DNA from: Myxococcota bacterium
Lineage (GTDB): Bacteria; Myxococcota_A; UBA9160; UBA4427
Assembly: GCA_036336835.1 (NCBI GenBank)
Contig: JAYZFK010000065.1
Location: 1-27,453, forward strand
Length of the DNA: 27,453 nucleotides
Reading direction: 5' to 3'
In this document: piece after piece, positions 9,402-18,858 of the stretch
Layout of the letters: every line of letters starts with the position of its first letter
Numbering within the stretch: the stretch's first letter is position 1
The notes under the pieces: generated by a model
Seen by the model: only the letters and a program-made list of their open reading frames with translations
The model's database searches: none
What the model was told of the DNA's origin: nothing
Translations under genes and position numbers: made by a program

Positions 9402-11150
9402 ATGGCCTCCGTCGACACACTGATCCGGGGTGCGACGCTGGTCGACGGAACCGGTGCGGCGGCGCGGCCCGCCGACGTCGCGATCACCGGCGACCAGATC
9501 TCGGCGGTCGCCGAGGCGGGCTCGCTCGACGCCGGGGCGGCGTCCGAGGTGGTGGAGGGCGCGGGGCTGGTGCTCGCACCGGGCTTCGTCGATCCGCACA
9601 CCCACTACGACGCACAGCTGTTCTGGGATCCGTTTGCGACGCCTTCGTCGCTGCACGGTGTGACGACGGTGATCGGCGGCAACTGCGGCTTCACGATCGC
9701 GCCGCTGGCCCCCGGAGGCGACCCCAGCTACATCCGAACGATGCTCGCCAAGGTCGAGGGCATGCCCCTGGCGGCCCTCGAAGCGGGGTTGCCCTGGGAC
9801 TGGGCCGGCTTTGGCGATTACCTCGACCGCTTCGAGGGACGCATCGGTGTCAACGCCGCCTTCCTGGTCGGTCACTGCGCGCTGCGCCACACCGTGATGG
9901 GCGATCGGGCGGTCGGCAACGAAGCCAGCGATGCGGAGATTGCCGAGATGGTCGAGCTGCTGCACGCGTCGCTCGAGGCGGGTGGCCTCGGCTTTTCGAC
10001 TTCGCTCTCGTTCACCCACACGGACTGGGACGGGCAGCCGGTGCCCTCGCGCTGGGCGAGCCACGACGAGGTGCTCGCGCTGTGCCGCACGCTTCGCGAC
10101 CACGAGGGTACGACGCTCGAGTTCATCCTGGACGGGTGTCTCAAGGGATTCACCGACGAAGAGATCGAGCTCGTGACCGAGATGTCACTGGCCGCGCAGC
10201 GGCCAGCGAACTGGAACGTGCTGACGGTCGAGGCGCGCAGCCCCGACCGGCTGGCACGCCAGCTCGAGCTGTCCGAGCGCGCGGCCGAGAAGGGCGCGCG
10301 CGTCGTCGCTCTCACGATGCCGACGATCGCCGGGATGTGCGCGAGCTTCGGAGCGCACAGCGCGCTGCACTCGATCCCGGGCTGGAGCTTCGTGATGGGA
10401 CTGCCGGTACCGGAGCGAATCCTGAAGCTGCGTGACCCGGAGATCCGCCGAACACTCGACGAGCGTGCCCACAGCAAGGAGGCCGGTGTGTTCGCGGGTC
10501 TCGCTGGCTGGGCGGGGTATCGCATCGGCACCACGTTCGGTCAGGACAACCAGGGCCTCGAAGGCCGCCTGGTGGGGGACATCGCGGAGGAGCGCGGGAC
10601 CAGCGTGTTCGACACGCTGCTCGACATCGTGATCGCCGACGATCTTCGAACCGTGCTGTGGCCCTCCCAGCCGGGTGAGAATCGCGAGAGCTGGGCGCTG
10701 CGCAGGCAGACGTGGGAGCACCCGTACGTGATGCTGGGCGGATCGGACGCGGGCGCGCACCTCGATCGGATGTGCGGCTCGACCTATCCGACGGTGTTCC
10801 TGCGCGACGTACTACACGGCCGCAAGCTCGTGTCGCTCGAGCGCGCGGTGCAGATGATGACGGCGGTGCCTGCCGAGCTGTTCGGGCTCCGCGAGCGCGG
10901 GCTGGTGCGCGAGGGCTACCGCGCGGATCTCGTACTGTTCGATCCCGAGACGGTCGGAGCCGAGGAGATCAGCTTCCAGGCCGACCTTCCGGCGAAGTCC
11001 CGGCGCCTGACGGCAGGCTCGATCGGTGTGCGACACGTCTGGCTGAACGGCCGGACCTCGATCGTCGATGGCGAACCCGTCGGCGAGCTCGCCGGCCGAG
11101 TCCTGCGATCCGGTCGCGACACCCGGACGGCGCCGCTGACGGTGGCCTGA
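9402..11150 (+). CDS. N-acyl-D-amino-acid deacylase-like amidohydrolase
   Basis: Motifs IRGATLVDGTG, APGFVDPHTHYD, GVTTVIGGNCG, GSDAGAH and GYRADLVLFDP. Starts 2 bp after the upstream stop. Confidence 0.88.
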   Translation: MASVDTLIRGATLVDGTGAAARPADVAITGDQISAVAEAGSLDAGAASEVVEGAGLVLAPGFVDPHTHYDAQLFWDPFATPSSLHGVTTVIGGNCGFTIAPLAPGGDPSYIRTMLAKVEGMPLAALEAGLPWDWAGFGDYLDRFEGRIGVNAAFLVGHCALRHTVMGDRAVGNEASDAEIAEMVELLHASLEAGGLGFSTSLSFTHTDWDGQPVPSRWASHDEVLALCRTLRDHEGTTLEFILDGCLKGFTDEEIELVTEMSLAAQRPANWNVLTVEARSPDRLARQLELSERAAEKGARVVALTMPTIAGMCASFGAHSALHSIPGWSFVMGLPVPERILKLRDPEIRRTLDERAHSKEAGVFAGLAGWAGYRIGTTFGQDNQGLEGRLVGDIAEERGTSVFDTLLDIVIADDLRTVLWPSQPGENRESWALRRQTWEHPYVMLGGSDAGAHLDRMCGSTYPTVFLRDVLHGRKLVSLERAVQMMTAVPAELFGLRERGLVREGYRADLVLFDPETVGAEEISFQADLPAKSRRLTAGSIGVRHVWLNGRTSIVDGEPVGELAGRVLRSGRDTRTAPLTVA

Positions 11151-11190
11151 GCGACTAGCGAGGCCAATCCCCCGACACCAGGAGAGAACG

Positions 11191-12288
11191 ATGCGCGCAG
11201 CCCTGCTCGAAGAGAACAACAAGCCCCTGTCCATCGTCGACGACGTCGAGATCGAGGATCCGCGCGTCGGCGAGGTCGTGGTCAAGATCTCCAACTGCGG
11301 CATCTGCCACTCCGACCTCACCATGATCGACACCCCCGGTGGCGGTCAGCTGCCGACCGTTCTCGGCCACGAAGCCGCGGGAACCATCGAAGAGGTGGGC
11401 GAAGGGGTGACGCGCCTGAAGAAGGGCGACAAGGTGATGCTCACGCCGCTGCCTCCGTGCGGCCACTGCTACTACTGCGTGCGCGGGCAGGCGAGCCTGT
11501 GCGTGGAGGCACAGAACTTCATGACCGGCGTCCGCACCGATGGCAGCTCACCGCTGTCGCGCGGTGGCAAGCTCGTCTACAGGGGCCTCGGCACCGGCGG
11601 CTTCGGCGAGTACACCGTCGTAGGCCAGAACAGTGCCATCGCGGTGCCCGACGAGACGCCGCTCGAGATCGTGTGCCTGATCGGCTGCGCCATCCAGACG
11701 GGCGTCGGCGCGGTGCTCAACACCGCCAAGGTACCCGAGGGCGCCACCGTGTTCGTAGCGGGGCTCGGCGGTATCGGCGTCTCGATCGTGCAAGGCGCGC
11801 GGCTCGCCGGCGCCTCGCGCATCATCGCCTCCGATCCGCTCGCCGAGCGGCGCGACCACGCATCGAACTTCGGCGCCACCGACGTGCTCGATCCGACCCA
11901 GGACGACATCGTCGCCAGGGCGCGGGAAATCACCGGCGGCATCGGCGTCGACTACGCTTTCGACGGCGCCGGCGCCGCGAAGATCGTCCAGGACTGCATC
12001 AGTGCCTGCCGCATCGGCGGGACCATCGTGATGGTCGGAGCGCCGCTGGATCCGGTGCTCGAGATCCCGATCCCGGCGCTCTTCCTGACCCAGGAGAAGA
12101 AACTCACGGGCTCGCTGCTCGGCTCCTGCAATTCGCACCGCGACGTGCCGCGCTTCATCGCGCTGTGGCGCAGCGGCAAGCTCGACTTCGAGGGCATGAT
12201 CAGCCACCGCCGCCAGATCGAAGACATCAACCAAGGCCTCGACGACATGCGGGCAGGGCGTGGCATCCGGACCGTGCTGAGCTTCTGA
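11191..12288 (+). CDS. Zn-dependent alcohol dehydrogenase (MDR family, class III-like)
   Basis: Catalytic Zn motifs CHSD and GHE, structural Zn CGHCYYC...C, third catalytic ligand in IGCA, Rossmann GLGGIG. AGGAG RBS. Confidence 0.93.
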   Translation: MRAALLEENNKPLSIVDDVEIEDPRVGEVVVKISNCGICHSDLTMIDTPGGGQLPTVLGHEAAGTIEEVGEGVTRLKKGDKVMLTPLPPCGHCYYCVRGQASLCVEAQNFMTGVRTDGSSPLSRGGKLVYRGLGTGGFGEYTVVGQNSAIAVPDETPLEIVCLIGCAIQTGVGAVLNTAKVPEGATVFVAGLGGIGVSIVQGARLAGASRIIASDPLAERRDHASNFGATDVLDPTQDDIVARAREITGGIGVDYAFDGAGAAKIVQDCISACRIGGTIVMVGAPLDPVLEIPIPALFLTQEKKLTGSLLGSCNSHRDVPRFIALWRSGKLDFEGMISHRRQIEDINQGLDDMRAGRGIRTVLSF

Positions 12289-12319
12289 TCTCCCCCGCGA
12301 GCGAGCTAGGCTGAGTGTC

Positions 12320-13807
12320 ATGGCGGGTGTCCCTCGAGCACCAGGACGGCTGCAGGGCTTTGCCATCGAGCTGACGGTGCTGGCACTGGCCGGCAGCGTC
12401 TACCTGCTCTTGGTCACCTACGGGAGCCTGGAACTCTTCGCCGAAGAGCGGTTGAGCAAGGTCTACGACTATCTCGGCAACTCCTTCCTGCTCGGTGAGG
12501 CCACGGTTCCGACCAGCAGCGAGAGCTTCCGCGTCGACGGTCGGGACTACGTCTACTTCGGTCCTCTCCCGGCACTCCTGCGTATCCCGCTCAACGCCCT
12601 CTGGCCTGGGGCGTTTGGCGAGTGGAGCCGCATCGCGACCCTCGCCGCCGGGATGGTCGCGCTCGTCGCCTGGATGCGACTGGTACGCGCGGTTGCACCG
12701 ACGGCGGGCCGCGGCGAGCGAGCGCTCCTGTATCTCGCCTTTGCTCTCGGGACACCCGTCGTCTTCCTGTTGTCGTGTCCGTACGTCTTCCACGAGACGC
12801 TCGCGATCGCACTCGCGGCCAGTCTGTGCGGCATCTCCGTGCTGGTGCCGGCGCTGCTGGGGCGGCCCATCTCCCGCTGGACGTGGCCGCTCTACGGCTC
12901 GTTCGTGGCGGCTGCCTATCTGACGCGCCTCACCTTCGCGGTCCCGCACCTGCTCGTGGTGCTGGCGCTGCTCTCGAATGCAGCGCTCGGGCCCGCCGCG
13001 GCGCGGCGCCTCCCCGTGCTCCGCCCTCTCTACCGGGCGCGTCTGGCCGCCTCACTGCGCCGGCCCAGTGCGCTCGCGGGGCTGCTCGTCCCACTCGCCA
13101 TCAGCTTCGCCTTCCAGGCCTGGTACAACGTCGAGCGCTTCGGCGGCGTGTTTACCTACACCGACATCTCGAAGTACCTGGCCTATCAGGTCGATCCGGA
13201 CCTGCTCGCCCACGTCGAGCAGATCGGCGGCTTCAACGCGCGGCGTGTGCCGACAAACTTCGCCAACTATTTCGGAACCCTCGGCCGTATCGGTCGACCC
13301 GCTCCCTTCGTGCACTTCGAGCTGAATCAGGGTCTGAGCGACGCGCTCTACATTCCGGGCTATCGCGAGTGGAACATCTCGCTGTGGCTGGTCTCTGGCT
13401 GGCTCCTGGTCGGCGCCGGGCTCGGGGCAGGCGCGCTGATCCGGCGTCGCCTGCTCTTCGAAGCGCTGGTCGCGCTGGCCTTCGCTGGCCAACTCGTCGT
13501 CATCCTCACCTACTACTGGATCTCGCACCGCTACGTGACGGAGGTGCTGCCGCTGCTCGCGGTGCTCTTCGCGTTCGCGCTCGCCCACCGGCCTGCAGTG
13601 AGCGCGAGGCTACCCGCAACCTGGCGTTGGCTGGCGGCGGCTCTGCTCGCGGCTTCGATCCCGGCCACGCTCGCGAGCAGCTTGTCCTGGAACGCCGAGT
13701 TCAACTGGGGTGTGCCCGACGACTACCGCCGGGCTCTTCACCGCAGCTTCGATTCGCAGCCGCACTTCACCGCGCCGCTCGCTCCCGAAGGCGCCCCGGA
13801 CCGCTGA
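12320..13807 (+). CDS. Polytopic membrane protein, possible GT-C-fold glycosyltransferase
   Basis: About 10-11 hydrophobic segments. First external loop has acidic residues and YFGPLPALL; late HRYVTEVLP resembles the RY..P motif of GT-C proteins. Function is inferred. Confidence 0.55.
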   Translation: MAGVPRAPGRLQGFAIELTVLALAGSVYLLLVTYGSLELFAEERLSKVYDYLGNSFLLGEATVPTSSESFRVDGRDYVYFGPLPALLRIPLNALWPGAFGEWSRIATLAAGMVALVAWMRLVRAVAPTAGRGERALLYLAFALGTPVVFLLSCPYVFHETLAIALAASLCGISVLVPALLGRPISRWTWPLYGSFVAAAYLTRLTFAVPHLLVVLALLSNAALGPAAARRLPVLRPLYRARLAASLRRPSALAGLLVPLAISFAFQAWYNVERFGGVFTYTDISKYLAYQVDPDLLAHVEQIGGFNARRVPTNFANYFGTLGRIGRPAPFVHFELNQGLSDALYIPGYREWNISLWLVSGWLLVGAGLGAGALIRRRLLFEALVALAFAGQLVVILTYYWISHRYVTEVLPLLAVLFAFALAHRPAVSARLPATWRWLAAALLAASIPATLASSLSWNAEFNWGVPDDYRRALHRSFDSQPHFTAPLAPEGAPDR

Positions 13808-13926
13808 GCGCCCAGCAGCACACCCTAAAGGCGGAGCCGCCAGCGCCTACAGTCGAGCCGTGGGGCGCCCGAAGAGCGAGAGACAGCCAGGGTCGTTTCA
13901 GCAACCCACCAGGAGCTGATATCTCG

Positions 13927-14283
13927 ATGCCCTACGAAATCTACAAGCTTCTGCACGTGATCGGACTCCTGCTCCTCTTCCTGGGAATGGGAGGACAGCT
14001 GCTCGGTGCCGACTCCGAGAGAGGCCGCGCGCCGAAGGTCACCGCGATCCTCCACGGCGTGGGGCTGCTGGCGATGTTGGTCGGCGGCTTCGGCATGATG
14101 GCGCGACTCGGCGTCCAATGGCCGTGGCCCGGCTGGCTGATCGCGAAGCTCGGTGTCTGGCTCGTGATCGGCGCGTTTCCCGTGGCCGTCCGTCGCCAGC
14201 TCGTGCCCCAGGGCCCGGCATGGCTGGTGGTCTTCCTGCTCGGCGCGCTCGCTGCCTGGCTCGCAATCATCAAGCCCTTCTGA
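13927..14283 (+). CDS. Small 4-TM membrane protein (SirB2-like)
   Basis: AGGAG RBS at 13911-13915 and ATG at 13927. MPYEIYKLLH...LHGVG...W...K...W...KPF pattern resembles SirB2-like proteins. It is the 3' part of the 12622..14283 ORF. Confidence 0.7.
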   Translation: MPYEIYKLLHVIGLLLLFLGMGGQLLGADSERGRAPKVTAILHGVGLLAMLVGGFGMMARLGVQWPWPGWLIAKLGVWLVIGAFPVAVRRQLVPQGPAWLVVFLLGALAAWLAIIKPF

Positions 14284-14546
14284 TCGGACTCTCGGAGTCG
14301 CGGCCAGCTGAGCCCCCGAGCGATCGCCAGCTCGAGACGTGCCAGCTCGCCAAGGTGACGCGGGCCTGCAAGACCCGACGACGCCCGCGTTAGGCGCTGC
14401 CCGCTTTCGAGCGCACGCTTTCCCGGGGTCCTCCGCTCGACTGACCTGGGGGTGCACTCTCGCCGCACAACGCAGTCCCAGGACGACGCGAGTCGATCGG
14501 CGGAGACGGTGGTAGCATCCGGTCTCCCGAAGCTCGAGGGCTGTCG

Positions 14547-16991
14547 ATGCCGCTCACTATCCGAACGGCCCGGCCGCCGAGTCGCACGCTGCTCGCCATG
14601 GGCCTGCTGGCCGGTACGACTCTCGGTCTCCAAGTCACGCTGACGCGGCACTTCTCGTTCCTGTACTGGCACCATTTCGCCTTCATGATCATCGGCATGG
14701 GGATGCTCGGCTTCGGCGCCGCTGGAGCGCTGCTGGCCCGGCGCGGCGGGCTGGCGGACACCGACGATGCGCTGTCCGTCGCAGTGCCCTCGGCCACGGG
14801 GGCCGCGCTCGCGGTCGCCACCTACCTGCTCGTCGGTCCTCATCTCCTCTTCCGGCCGCTGGAGCTGCTGTCCAGCCCCGACCAGTTCTTCGTTCTCGCC
14901 CTGTTGTACGGGTTCATGCTGCTGCCCTTTACCGCCCTGGGACTGGCCCAGGGGGCAATCCTCGCGGCCTATCGTTCCCATGCGCATCGCGTCTACGCCG
15001 CCGACCTGATTGGAGCCGGACTGGGATGCCTGGCGACGCTGCTCTTGCTCGGGGCGCTCTCGGCCCCGGTGGCGCTGCTGGCGTGGGCGGCCGCCGCGGC
15101 GCTGTCGGGAGCACTGCTCGCAGTCGGGGCGCCCGCAAGACGCGCCGCCCCCGCGTGGATCGTGCTCGCGGCGCTGGCACTCGGGCTCGCCAGCGGCTGG
15201 GCCGGTACGCGTCCGTTCATACCCGCGCCGAGCAAGGACATGACGAATATCTACTACGAGCCGAGTGGCGCGCTGCGCGAGACACCCGATCTCGACTACA
15301 CCGTCTCGTCCGCCACCATCCGGCTCGACGTCAGCAAGCCCTACGAGATGGCGTTCGCCTTCGGAGGCCACATCGCGACCCAGCCGGAGGAGCGAGCCGT
15401 GACGGCGCGCACCGTGTACCAGGACGCCGCCGCGCCCACCCATCTCATCGAGCTGGCCGAGCCGGAGCGGGCCGCCTACCTCGGGCTGACGAACCAGAGC
15501 CTCGCCTACCAGATTCGGGAGCGACCCCGTGTGCTGGTCATCGGGGCCGGCGGCGGACCCGACCTGCTGATCGCCCTGCACCACGGTGCCACGAGTGTGA
15601 CGGCCGTGGAGCTCAATCCCCAGATGCTCGAGCTCGGCGAGGAGCGCTACGCCGACTTCGTCCATGGCCTCTTCCAGCGCGACGACGTGAAGCCGATCGT
15701 CGCCGAGGGCCGCCACTTCCTGGGCCGCAACACCGAGACCTTCGACGTGATCCAGATGAGCGGGGTCGACACCTTCAGCGCGCTCTCTTCCGGCGCCTAT
15801 GCGATGTCCGAGAGCTACCTCTACACGGTCGAGGCGGCGCGCGCGGTGATCGACGCGCTCGAGCCGGACGGGTTGTTCACGAACTCGCGCTGGATCCTGC
15901 AACCTCCGCGCGAGACACTGAGGCTGGTAGCCGTGCTTGCCGAGGCCCTGCGCCGCGAGGGGTTCTCCGACCCGGCGCGTCATCTGTTCGTCGTCCAGGC
16001 GAACTGGTGGAGCACGACGCTGCTCTCCCGGCGGCCCTTCCGCGAGGCCGAGCTGCGAGTGCTGCGCGACTTCGTGGCCGCACGCCTCTGGCGAGTCGTC
16101 CTCGACCCCGATGGCACGGGCAAGCGGAGCTTCCGAAGCGTGGTGTCGGGAACGCAATCGATGCGCGAAGCGTTCCTCGACGAATACCTCTATGACGTCT
16201 CACCGGTGACCGACGACTCGCCCTTCTTCTTCCAGTTCTACAAGTGGCGAAATCTGATCGAGCCGCAGAAGACGATGGGCGGCTACAGCATCACCCGCAT
16301 CCCAGCGGGCTACGCGGTGTTGCTCGCCAGCCTGCTGCAGATGACGCTGCTCGCAGGCGTCTGCATCCTCGGCCCGCTCTGGTCGCAGCGCAGCCAACTG
16401 CGTGGTCAGGCCGGTCTGGCGGGCCGCTTCGGGCTCTTTGCGGCGCTGGGCGTTGGCTTCATGACGATCGAGATCACCAGCATCCAGATGTTCACGGTCT
16501 TCCTCGGGCATCCCATCTACTCGATGGCCATTTCGCTGGCGGCGCTGCTGGTGTCGACGGGCCTCGGGTCGATCTGGGCGGGGCGCCGGACCGCGGCGCC
16601 GGCGCGGATCGTCGGCAGCGCGGTCGTAGGCATCACCCTCTGGGTCGGCGCGACTGTCTCCTTGCTTCAGCCACTGCAGGACGCGGTGATCGGCGCGTCG
16701 CTCTTCGCCCGAGCCGGAATCGTGGCCGCCTGGCTGTTGCCCGCCGGTCTCGCACTGGGCATGCCGTTCCCGACGGCCATCCGCGCGCTCGAAGCCGAGA
16801 CGCCCGCCCTGGTGCCATGGGCCTGGGGCGCCAACGCATGCCTCTCCGTCATCGCCTCGGTGACGGCGGTGCTCGTCGCGATGGCGCTCGGCTTCCGCGC
16901 GACGCTGGTACTCGCGGCGCTCGTGTACTGGCTGGGCTACCTCGCCTGGCGCAGCACCGTGTCGAGCGTCCGAACCGCCTCGACACCCTGA
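14547..16991 (+). CDS. Membrane-embedded class I SAM-dependent transferase ('spermidine synthase-like' fusion)
   Basis: N-terminal ~7 TM (YAADLIGAGLG), central Rossmann domain (VLVIGAGGG, TAVELNP, AEGRHFL, FDVI, YLYTVEA, PVTDDSPFF) and C-terminal ~6 TM (GMPFP, WAWGAN). Confidence 0.8.
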   Translation: MPLTIRTARPPSRTLLAMGLLAGTTLGLQVTLTRHFSFLYWHHFAFMIIGMGMLGFGAAGALLARRGGLADTDDALSVAVPSATGAALAVATYLLVGPHLLFRPLELLSSPDQFFVLALLYGFMLLPFTALGLAQGAILAAYRSHAHRVYAADLIGAGLGCLATLLLLGALSAPVALLAWAAAAALSGALLAVGAPARRAAPAWIVLAALALGLASGWAGTRPFIPAPSKDMTNIYYEPSGALRETPDLDYTVSSATIRLDVSKPYEMAFAFGGHIATQPEERAVTARTVYQDAAAPTHLIELAEPERAAYLGLTNQSLAYQIRERPRVLVIGAGGGPDLLIALHHGATSVTAVELNPQMLELGEERYADFVHGLFQRDDVKPIVAEGRHFLGRNTETFDVIQMSGVDTFSALSSGAYAMSESYLYTVEAARAVIDALEPDGLFTNSRWILQPPRETLRLVAVLAEALRREGFSDPARHLFVVQANWWSTTLLSRRPFREAELRVLRDFVAARLWRVVLDPDGTGKRSFRSVVSGTQSMREAFLDEYLYDVSPVTDDSPFFFQFYKWRNLIEPQKTMGGYSITRIPAGYAVLLASLLQMTLLAGVCILGPLWSQRSQLRGQAGLAGRFGLFAALGVGFMTIEITSIQMFTVFLGHPIYSMAISLAALLVSTGLGSIWAGRRTAAPARIVGSAVVGITLWVGATVSLLQPLQDAVIGASLFARAGIVAAWLLPAGLALGMPFPTAIRALEAETPALVPWAWGANACLSVIASVTAVLVAMALGFRATLVLAALVYWLGYLAWRSTVSSVRTASTP

Positions 16992-17132
16992 CTGACGAAC
17001 GCTCGTCGAAAACGCACGAGCGGGACGTAGCCCGGGCTGTCGGTGCTGCGTGGCGTGTCGCTGTACTACCCTGGGCGACCCGTTGCCCGGCGCGCACGGA
17101 TCTGCTCGAGCAAAGAAGCGAAAAGGAAAACG

Positions 17133-18857
17133 ATGCGCTCCGCCCCGGCCGGCGTCGGCCGAGCACTGACGAAGAACCTCACCGCGATCGTTGCGGCGTT
17201 GCTGATCTCGTTCTCCCTGATCCTCTTCAACCCCATGCTCGTCTACTTCTCCGATCCCGGGCGATTGGGGATCCTGCCCTCGCGCTTCGTGATCCAGCAG
17301 CTGCTCGTCGCAACCTGCGTCGCGCTCGGTCTCGCGCTCCCGGTCTTCAAGCTGGGAAGACGCTACGCGCTGGCACTGGTCTTCGGCGGACTGGTCGTGT
17401 TCTTCTACAGCTACGTGATCCAGATCGGGTTCGGATTGTTTCGAGGGAATCGATTCAGCAACGAGGATGCCCTGTTCGAGACGGCCCGACTGGCCTACTG
17501 GATCGAGCCGGTCGGACTCGTACTCGCGTTCCTGCTGGTCCGGCTGGTCTTCTACAGGAACCGGCAGTTCTTCGCGGTCTTCTACGCGATTCTTCTGCTG
17601 ACGGTAGGATACGAGGTTGCGAGCGAGGCGAATGCGTATCGCCTGAATCAGGAGTGGCGCAACCGCCGTGCCTTGCGGGAGCCGCCGAAGACGCTGCTCC
17701 GGTTCTCGGCATCGCAGCCGAACATCGTCCTGTTCGTCCCGGATGCCGCCGCCGGCTACGTGGTGCCCCAGCTGATGGAAGAGAACGACCGCGCCGCACG
17801 CTTCGACGGATTCGTGAACTATCGCAACACCGTCTCTGTGGGCTCCTACACGATGTCCAGCCTGGCTGCACTGATCGGTGGGGACCGGTACTTCCCCGAC
17901 CGGATCAACGAGCGAAACGACCAGACCCTCAGCGCACACATCAAGGAGGCCTACAACTGGCTCGCGGACACGCTGCGTCAGCACGATTACGAGACAACGT
18001 TCGTGAACCCGAGCTTCATCAAGTGCGCGGACATCGACCACGCCGGGCGCTGCGTGGAGTCGTCGAAATTCAAGCAGGGGTTGGAGAGCCGCTCCGACAT
18101 CGAGCCACTCGAGGTCTTCGACGAGAAATCCGTTCTGTACTTTGCCGCGTTCAAGGCCCTCCCCTTTTCGCTGAAGAGCGCGCTCTATACGAGCGAAGGC
18201 TGGAAGAACAGGCTCGACAGCGACTTGCAGCTTGCCGCGAGCGTAAACGAGCGGTTCTTCGAGTTCCTGTTCCTGCGGGCGCTTCCGCGGATGAGCGCCA
18301 TCGACGAGCAGGACCGGTCCCAGTTCATCCATCTCTGGAGCCCCCAGCTGATCGCACCGTTCAACCTCAACGAAGGCTGCGAGCCGCTAGCAGCGGGCCG
18401 CGACCAGCTGTACTCGAACGACGCGAGGACCGACAGCACCCGCTGCCTCCTGGATGCGCTATCAGGCTGGTTCGACTGGATGAAGGCCAACGGCGTCTAC
18501 GACAACACGAAAATCATCATCGCCGCCGACCATGGCAGTGACGACTACGGGCAACGGTGGCACGTGGGCGCGGCCAACCCGATGCTGATGGTCAAGGACT
18601 TCCGTCGCAGAGGACGCCTCGAGACATCGGGGATCGTGCTGCAGAACAGCGACGTAGCGGCTCTCATCTGTTCGGCGCTGGGCGGCTGTCCACAGATCAA
18701 GCGCGACCCGGTTCAACACCCGATCCCGAATCGGACGGCGCGATACTTCCATACGGGGCGCGGCAACAAGCACTGGGCCACGGCGAACCGCCAGTTCGAC
18801 ATCATCGAGGTGTACGAGGTGCAGGGCGACGTCCGCGAGCACCCCGACCTCCAGTAG
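17133..18857 (+). CDS. Membrane-anchored alkaline-phosphatase-superfamily (LtaS/sulfatase-like) protein
   Basis: AAGGA RBS and ATG at 17133. About 5 N-terminal TM helices, then PNIVLFVPDA, YRNTVSVGSYT (candidate Thr nucleophile), FIHL, YDNTKIIIAADHG and NPMLMVKDF. Confidence 0.75.
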   Translation: MRSAPAGVGRALTKNLTAIVAALLISFSLILFNPMLVYFSDPGRLGILPSRFVIQQLLVATCVALGLALPVFKLGRRYALALVFGGLVVFFYSYVIQIGFGLFRGNRFSNEDALFETARLAYWIEPVGLVLAFLLVRLVFYRNRQFFAVFYAILLLTVGYEVASEANAYRLNQEWRNRRALREPPKTLLRFSASQPNIVLFVPDAAAGYVVPQLMEENDRAARFDGFVNYRNTVSVGSYTMSSLAALIGGDRYFPDRINERNDQTLSAHIKEAYNWLADTLRQHDYETTFVNPSFIKCADIDHAGRCVESSKFKQGLESRSDIEPLEVFDEKSVLYFAAFKALPFSLKSALYTSEGWKNRLDSDLQLAASVNERFFEFLFLRALPRMSAIDEQDRSQFIHLWSPQLIAPFNLNEGCEPLAAGRDQLYSNDARTDSTRCLLDALSGWFDWMKANGVYDNTKIIIAADHGSDDYGQRWHVGAANPMLMVKDFRRRGRLETSGIVLQNSDVAALICSALGGCPQIKRDPVQHPIPNRTARYFHTGRGNKHWATANRQFDIIEVYEVQGDVREHPDLQ

Positions 18858-18858
18858 G

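Noticed and set aside
11191..12288. Zn-ADH as an S-nitrosothiol reductase tied to the NO sensor
   Set aside because: It lies about 8 kb away in a separate catabolic operon, and nothing visible separates it from generic class III-like ADHs.
17000..17022. Hairpin CGCTCGT...ACGAGCG after the SAM-transferase stop, as an intrinsic terminator
   Set aside because: No U-tract follows, so it cannot be supported as a terminator.
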